Below are positions 37,111-44,548 of a DNA stretch of 44,548 bases, in pieces (within the stretch, counting starts at the first letter, position 1; each line of letters begins with the position of its first letter). The notes beneath the pieces were generated by a model, which did no database searches, had not been told where the DNA came from, and saw nothing but the letters and a program-made list of their open reading frames with translations. The position numbers and the translations under genes were made by a program. Source of the stretch: Pelomyxa schiedti (taxonomy: Eukaryota > Protista > Evosea); the NCBI GenBank assembly GCA_020536535.1, contig JAHLWZ010000383.1, positions 1 through 44,548 of the forward strand. The letters run 5' to 3'.

Positions 37111-37216
37111 GGGTCATTGGGATAGGGGGGGAGGGAGGGGGGGGAGAGGAGGACGGAGGGGTACCCCCTCCCTACTGCTCCTCCTCCATCACCCCCATTC
37201 CGGGGGTCATTGGGAT
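37111..37216. repeat. G-rich/C-rich imperfect inverted repeat flanked by 13-bp direct repeats
   Basis: GGGTCATTGGGAT at 37111-37123 and 37204-37216, with a central palindrome GGGGTACCCC between a purine arm and a pyrimidine arm. Confidence 0.6.
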
Positions 37217-37675
37217 TGTAACAGGTTTAATCCAAAATGCATACATATAGCCAACAGTGATGATTACATAGCTCCACGAAAGTTGTGCTGTTTATTTGTA
37301 CTCGGAGAAAAAGGGTCGCAGTGGTTGGTTGTTGTCAGTGGCTGGATCCCGTGGGTTCCCCTGCAGTAGAAAACCGTTAGTGATGGTTGCTACTACAAGT
37401 GCAAGTGCACTCATTTACCTTCATTAGTAGTTCGTCTTGCTTGTCGTTTTCGTGTCAGCGCCCAGTGTCGGCGGTCTGTTGTTTTTTTTATTCAGCCAAG
37501 TGTATGAGGAAGGGCTCCGTAAGAAGTGCTGGCCGTTGGGAAAGAGGTGATCGCCACCCTCCGTTTCTCCAATTGGGCAATTTCCCGCGAATTTCGACTT
37601 TTCTCGTTATCAGTTCCCTCACACGGGTGTTTACGAGAGAAGAAACAGAAAATAAAATTACACAACAAACACAAC

Positions 37676-39293
37676 ATGGAGGACTTCGAGCCAACGGGAG
37701 AGTACTTTGACATAGAGGACTGGAAATGCGAGCGGGATCTGCCGTCTCATGGTGTGCGCATTACGTTGCGGTTTGGAGTTGGGCCTGAGGCCCGCGCACA
37801 GGCTGCGGCCCTTTTGGTGATGCGAAGTGACACCGCCACGATGTCTGTGCCCGAGATCGACCTGGAGACCCCCGGCGGATCTGCGCGCTACGCGTCGGTG
37901 GCTACGACCATGAGAGAGGCCAGGGACGCCGTGGCGTCGTCTGGGTTCGCGGGGGGCGCGAAGTTTGCTCAGTTCCTGGCCGCTTTTGATGAGCTTCTAG
38001 ACGCACGAGCGCCTTTTTCCTTGTGCGTCGGGATTCCCTTTTTTTTTTTTGGTTTTTGTTACCCTCCAAGTGGCTAAAACCTGTTATTAGAGTGCTAGAT
38101 GATCCATCTGGGAGAAGCTTTCTGAGGTACAATGAGGATTACCCAGATCCAGATATTACCATCTACAAATATGAACGCACTTGGAGACAAAAGGAGGAGT
38201 TAGATATAGAGGACGACGAGGAAGTACCTTTTTTCGTTTTGTAATTTCCTTGAAATAAACAAATAAAAAGGCCACAGCCCTGGATATAGAGAGTGCCCTT
38301 TTCAGTCTGGTAGATCTTATTGAGCAGTCTAATAACATTGTAGGCTTTACCGGGGCAGGAATAAGCACAGGAGTAAGTAGTACTCTATAGGCAGAAATTA
38401 ATCTCATCTAGTCTGGAATTCCCGCATTCCGCACCACAGAAGGAAATCTAGCCGCTGTTTTCAGTGAATATGACGTCAGCGTTGAAAGTTATTCAAATTT
38501 CCTTGCATCGGAGACAGCAAGAGTCAAGTATTGGCAGTTAGAAAAGCATCTCTTTGACAGCTGCAGCAAGGCTGCACCCAACCCAGCACACAGGTTTTTT
38601 ACCTGTCTACATGAAAGAGGAAAACTTAGTGCTGTAATCACTCAGAACATTGATGGGTTGCATTCATTTGGCGTTCATGGACTCCCTAAAGAGAAGGTAG
38701 TGGAGCTACACGGATCTTCCATTACCACATCCTGTGTAGTTTGCAAACACAGAGTTCCCACTTCAGAGGTGCTTGGTGGATGGCACACTGAACCCACAAA
38801 CACCGAAAAGACACCCAAATCAGAACCAATAACGGGGAATAACCTGGCAGAAAGTACAAATGAGGTAGAAAATACTACTGCGGCAACACCAAACGAACCC
38901 CCACAAGAAACCCCAGCACTAGATACCCCACCTACATCCACAACAACCTCAGCCGCAGCGACTGTCACAGCGTCAACACCCATGGCCCCACACTGCTCAC
39001 TTTGTGGGGGGCCCTTGAAACCAGACACAATCTCATTTGGACAGCCACTGGACACCGCAGTCATTGAGCGGGCACAAACAGCCTTGTCGTCTGCAGACCT
39101 CGTCATCATTGTAGGGACATCCCTCACAGTAGCCCCAGCCAACAAACTGCCCGAAATTGCTCTTGACAGAGGCATACCCCTCGTAATCATAAACAAGTCC
39201 GAAACTCCCCTGGACAAACATGCAACACTGTCACTACAAGCTGACTGTACTTCCATTTGTGCCTCCCTCATGGAAAACCTCAAGTGGTTGTAG
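37676..39293 (+). CDS. ZPR1-like domain fused to Sir2-family NAD+-dependent deacylase (3 introns)
   Basis: N-terminal part: VMRSDTATMSVPEIDLETP..APFSLVLDDPSGRSFL..DPDITIYKYERTWRQKEEL (ZPR1 non-zinc-finger part). C-terminal part: FTGAGISTGSGIPAFR, PNPAH, ITQNIDGLH, ELHG, CVVC/CSLC, LKPDTISFGQ, GTSLTVAPA, IINK. Confidence 0.85.
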
Positions 39294-39388
39294 TAGTGAC
39301 TACTGGATCCTTGCAAGAAAAACCAACAAAGGTTTCTTTTTTGTGTGCAACTATTAACATTTTTGTTACTTTGGGAGTGTTCTGGAAC

Positions 39389-41962
39389 TTAGACACCATC
39401 ACAGTCATCTGTTTGGGTTTTGGTTTTGAGTGAGAACAAGTAATAACTGAGAGTGTTGCGTACCAAATGACACTGAATAGAGTGAAGATTTTCTTGCATC
39501 TTTAGGGGCAGTGCTGACGAGGTGTGGAGTGAACACTTTAATCATTTCCTGCTCAACTGCAATGACAGCATCACAAATTGTCCTGGGCTTGAGATTCGTG
39601 ACCGCGGAAACTATCTGTTTTGAGTTGAATTCGGTCAGTCAGGAATTCTAGAATCAACCCCTCTTCATATTGGACCCTGGTCCTTATGTTTGGTTTGTTA
39701 TGTAAGAGAATGAGATACCCTGATGGCATCCCTGAAGGGTGCGTGAACATATTCTTCCCACTGGAATTCGGAGACTTGTGGTTCTATAGAGCAATAGTAC
39801 ATACTTTCATAGGTGAAGTAAGGTCGTGAAGCAGGGGTAGGTGGTGGCGCCGGTTTGAACTTTGCCTTACTGGAGAAGATGGATTCCAATTCCGCTGCTC
39901 TTGTGGCTTTCATTGCAGCCAGTTCATCCATCTGATGGTTCTTATGTGCCGCTTTTTGTGCTTCCAATTCGCGCTGCTCCTGCATCAACTGATGACTGTT
40001 TCCAACAACCGAAGTAATGCACTTGGATGCTGATTGGTGATAATAACCAGCCAGATGGAACTTTCGGCAGCGTACTTCGTTATTGGAATCCAGCACAGAA
40101 ATTGTGAGGCACTCAGGCTGCTGATGCCTCACTTCTTCTTCTGTGGCTTGGGTGAGAAAAAATTGGAGAGAAGTCCTCATTGAGGGCTACTTGGAGGCGG
40201 TGTGAACTCAGCTTCCCTAAATGTTCCTTTGCTTTCTATGTTTAGAGGCAATTAGGACTGTTAATTGGCATCGTACTCTTTTATATCTTCTCTGAACTCG
40301 ATGCTCCACCATTGACTTTCCCATTGGTCAATCCATTGGATAAGTGCAGATTTATCAAACCTATTCTCATCAACTTGGACCAGAAGAGCAACTTGATTAC
40401 AAAGGTGAATGAGGTTCCAACGTCCACCCATCTAGATTCTTCTTCATTGCAACCACAATACAAGCAACAAGCCGCGCTTCACACAAAAAGTAATCTTTGA
40501 TACCCAGAAGATGGGCAACATTATAGGCATCATATGTGATTATATCTGATATGATTATTGTAGGTAATTAGGGGAAAGGAAAAACCAGGAAGGTGTAGTC
40601 TTCGTACGATACTATGCAAAAGTAAAAGTATGTTGGAGCCCCCAGATTGCAAATTAAGAGCATGATGCTAGAAACCATTGATAAAAGGAGGAGGGCAAGG
40701 TTTCCATTACATGTATAAGGATACTGACAACTACTCGTAAACGTCTACCAGTGAGCCTATACTGTCTGAGGTCAGCGCTGACCATAAGTAAAAGAGTTCA
40801 ACCTTAGGGCACATAGCGCGCCATACTACCTCTGGAATTGCCCACGCCTCACCGTTTATTCCTTTTTCTTTTGCAATGTGAAATGCAGTGAACTGAGGAA
40901 GAACACCGGAGTTCGCAAAGCTTTGTTTAGGTAAGCAGTCAATAATGTAAAGGACCATTGTGAACCGGCAGAACATTTTGACTGTAAAAGGAATTCCCAA
41001 ATACATGCAAGTAACGTAACTTAGGGCAACTGGGATTTCTGAAAAAATTGCTACATCTTGCTGGTTGAACGGGAGGTACCTACTAAGAGTCAGAGGTAAT
41101 TGGCACTTTGAGCAAAACGTACAAATCAACTTCAGTGGGTACTGTACTACGATACAAAACCATAACAGACCCAGTTCTAACATAGCCTATAAGATGCAAA
41201 ACGTGAAGAAGGAAAGTGAGCCTACAGTTTTTTAATGAACTTCAGCCAGAAGTATCTTAGGACAGGTTGAGTCTCTGGAGGGCAGCAAAGGTTTTGCTCC
41301 AATGCTTCACCAAAAAGCTTCACAACCTGCATAAGATGGAGGTTGGTGGGTGCATAAGCAATTAAATGACAGAAATAATTTTTTAAAGACCTCTTGTACA
41401 AAAATATACACATGTTCCGTGTCGTATTGCTTGATAGGACCTGACTTTTTCGCCTTTTTTTTCTTTCTCGAATGTCCGTCATCGGAAAAAGCTACCTGTA
41501 ATAAGTGTGGGTGACAGTTAGTTTCGCTAATTCAGTGCCTCCACTCACAAGCTGCAACAGCAACAACCAAACAACAACAGCAACAGTAACAGTAACAGCA
41601 ACAGCAACAGCAACAACAACAACAACAAAAAAAAAGAAAAACCAATAACAGAGTAATACCTCGCCCGCCTCTCGGTGACAACGAGGGCACAATGACCTAC
41701 CGCTCTCAGTATCCCACGACGCGCCAATGAGCCCACAATGGATGCATTTGCATTTGTTGTTGGTGTCGAGCGGGTCCACGCCGACGCCCCCGGCCTCCAC
41801 CATTGTCTTGGACTGCCGAAACCTGGACTCCTGTAGCTGCGACTCGCAGAGGGGCGTGCCCAGCCCCGAGCTGCGGGAGGCGGCTGCAAGTAGGACCTGG
41901 GATTCTGCTTCTTCTAAGGCCTTGGCGTCCCCGGATGAGAGTGCGCCAATGAAACTCGCCAT
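39389..41962 (-). CDS. Probable TAF1B/Rrn7-like RNA polymerase I initiation factor (3' end approximate)
   Basis: Zinc ribbon CIHC..WDTESGRSLCPRCH, then VLRYFWLKFI and ALSYVTCMYLGIPFT..CRFANSGVLPQFTAF, resembling the Rrn7 cyclin-fold region. Multi-exon. Confidence 0.6.
41570..41627. repeat. Intronic (ACA/GCA/GTA)n microsatellite
   Basis: aacaacaacagcaacagtaacagtaacagcaacagcaacagcaacaacaacaacaac lies inside the first intron of the TAF1B-like gene. Confidence 0.85.
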
Positions 41963-43924
41963 GACAGTATCGTTTGTCCTTGAATTCAAAAAAAGAAAAC
42001 AGGAAAAAAATGAGACTGAAGGCCTTCAGTGGCTGGGTTTTTCTGCGACGACTGCCCCTACTCTCAGGTCACAGAACATTTGCGTCGCGTAGTCGATGTA
42101 ATTCAATCAAGAAGGCTGTGAGTGTGATTTTGCCGATTCAATCTCGAGGCTGAGAAAAGAATCGCAATCTGAGAGTCAGTTGTTGCTTGACGCAGTCTGT
42201 ACATACAACAATGCAATCTTGCAGTGCTTGGGCATAGAGAGAATTGCAGGATCGGTTTCCCTCCTCCAGGAGGTATCTTTTTTTGGATTTCCTCTGTGAA
42301 CAACTCTGAACCCCAGTATGATTGGTTTGTCATTACAAAGAATGTTAACGAACTCTAGGTTTATATTTGTGCCTGGGTAGCTCTCTTCGTGTGCGTCCAG
42401 CATGTAAACTACCTCTTATTTCAAGGAAAGCGGGCCATGAATGCAGATTAGTTATTGTAAACTTACAAAGAACACCCCTGGATGACAAATGTGACATACG
42501 AATCTTTACAAAAATGGGATTGTGCCCAATTGATTAAGGCTCACAGAGAGAAATTTGAGATTCACTAGCTTTTTATGGCTTAGAGGTATAAATTTATTAG
42601 CAGTTAAATATGACTTATAAGACTTGTAGCCTACTTTAGACATAGCATTTGGTAGACTTGTTAAATGGCAAGCACAACCTGAAAGGTCCTCAAGCTTGCC
42701 TAATTTACCCTATTTTTTTTTCAATTTTCTGTTGATTCGGTCAACCAAGGGTAATTTCGTGGTGTACCCAGCTCAGCAAAATAGACTGTAAAGTATGGTC
42801 TGGGTGCGGTGCATTCTATATAGCACTAATTCCAATTGAACGGATGCAAGGAAACATTTGGCGGCCTTCTTTGTGCTTGTCTTGCACACTTGTGGTGGAC
42901 TCCGAGTCTATGAAAGAAGTTTATCTTGAACTCAGGATTGTTTGACTATTTTATGGGATGGGCACATAGCCGTTAGTATTTCAATAACTATTCTATGTAC
43001 GTACTCGTAAACCTCTCTCACATTAAAAGGATCCAACAAATCAGAATATTTGTGGCGCATGAAACCTTGAACAATGGAAATCAAAGCCGAAAGATAAATG
43101 AAGGAGTGTGAGATATTGTATGCAATGAATTTCCTGCTTTCCAGGTTGCTATTTAACGTGACAAAATACGAAGTACGCTTGTTTGATGAAAGAATCCACT
43201 CATCTCAGAAAGAAATAAATTCGGCTGGTTCCTTCGTGTATGCCTTCAATCTGAAATGTGATTGTAATCGTAATGTTAGTTGTTAATTCAACATCCATCC
43301 ATAACACCGCCACGCTCGTTTTCTATCCAGCACTACGTCGACAGCCCCAGTGATGGGAGGCTAATGGCGGTGGCAGGGGAAAGCCTTTTCAGCTATACGG
43401 AGAGCAATTCATCGCACGGCCGAACCCGCGGGTCCAACGGCCAGTCACCCAACTTGGTTTCTCATTGGCAAAAAGGAAATTTTTTCGTTTTCCCTGGGGG
43501 AAATGCTGGGTCAAATTACGGGGGATCTTGTTCATAAAAAACAAAGTAAACGAGGAGAGTGCCAGTAACTGAGTGTGGCAGTAACTACGACACGGTAAAC
43601 GAGACACGCGATACTGTTGTTGTGTTGGTAGGTTTTTTCTCCTTTTTCCCCCCTTTTTTTATGGTGTCTATTTAACTTGGTGCACGTATGTTTTGCTAAA
43701 CAATTCTTTTGGTTGTGCAGTGTGCACTTGCTCACAAATGGGTACACTTAGTGGTGGTAGGTACTTTTATTCTACATCCTGCACCCATTGATATCTTTTC
43801 ACTATTTATTAACTATGTGCATCTNNNNNNNNNNNNNNNNNNNNNNNNNNNNNNNNNNNNNNNNNNNNNNNNNNNNNNNNNNNNNNNNNNNNNNNNNNNN
43901 NNNNNNNNNNNNNNNNNNNNNNNN

Positions 43925-44548
43925 GGGTACTAGAACCAGTGAGACCAAAACACCACTCCAAATCAAAGAAAACCGGTACACCCCCGGCAAGTTCAGCAAC
44001 AGCAACAGCAACTGCATCAACCACTACCCCAGCAACACCACAACCTCCTGCAGAATCCATTGTACCAGCCTCAGCTTCAACACCAACAGTGGAATCAATT
44101 TCCACAAAACCGGCTGTAAATGTCATTAGCCCAACGACAACAAATGCGACAGAGGTTCATACTCACGACTCAACTAGCACCACTGAAAAGAAGGACTAAT
44201 TTGAAAATAATTCAATAGAAGTCTGTCAGGGTTTTTTTTTTTCTCTTGGAAGTTCCAACTAGGAAAAGGATAGTTCCGCAACTAAAGGACGGTGGTCACT
44301 GCAAGTGCTATCAGGAATCCAGGTATTTAGCACTTTGACAGCAAGCTGGGAATCCTTGTTAATAAAGATGTAGTCTATCTTTTCAGTCGGTGTATCCTGT
44401 GGAAAGTGTGAGACTCTTTTTGAGGGTTTTTTTCATTTTGTTGTACTTACAGAAGGGAATGTGTATCCAGAACCTGTCCCAGCCAGGTCCCAAACCTCAT
44501 AGTAGTCCTCCTTCATGTCCAACACGGGTTGGTCTTCTGGAGTTGCAT
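43925..44548. repeat. Near-identical second copy of 27626-28256 (RNB 3' end plus EEP 3' end); probable alternative haplotype joined across a 100-N gap
   Basis: It starts at the same base as the post-gap contig at 27626. Differences are three synonymous SNPs plus small indels or substitutions in the intergenic spacer and intron. Confidence 0.9.

Noticed and set aside
1-44548. CRISPR arrays, tRNA/rRNA genes, prokaryotic operons or intact transposases
   Set aside because: No regularly spaced repeat-spacer units, recognisable structural RNA or transposase motifs were seen by eye. A covariance-model scan was not possible.

Overview
Gene-dense, intron-rich eukaryotic DNA, not prokaryotic. Introns are short (mostly ~37-130 nt) with degenerate GT donors and some GC donors, intergenic gaps are often under 120 bp, and TAA, TAG and TGA all act as stops. 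Thr/Ala low-complexity tracts, an EGF/CUB receptor-like kinase and an N-terminal 'ALxxGxHPRxG' motif suggest an amoebozoan such as the archamoeba Pelomyxa (inference from pattern recognition only). By manual splicing I support about 15 genes: two RPEL-RhoGAPs, a degenerate AK8-like protein, CHTOP-like, a divergent eRF1 paralog, an MgsA-C-like protein, an EF-hand protein, DUF4062-NACHT-TPR, a bacterial-type RNB nuclease, a secreted EEP hydrolase, a receptor TKL kinase, dynamitin, Rab4, a ZPR1-sirtuin fusion and TAF1B/Rrn7-like. Three 100-N gaps carry 121-bp duplicated flanks, and the last 624 bp is an allelic copy of 27626-28256. The two most striking observations both concern translation. One is a full-length eRF1 paralog that lacks GGQ and NIKS and carries an F-box-like N-terminal module. 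The other is an in-frame fusion of a zinc-finger-less ZPR1 domain to an intact Sir2 deacylase. Exon boundaries are hand-predicted.
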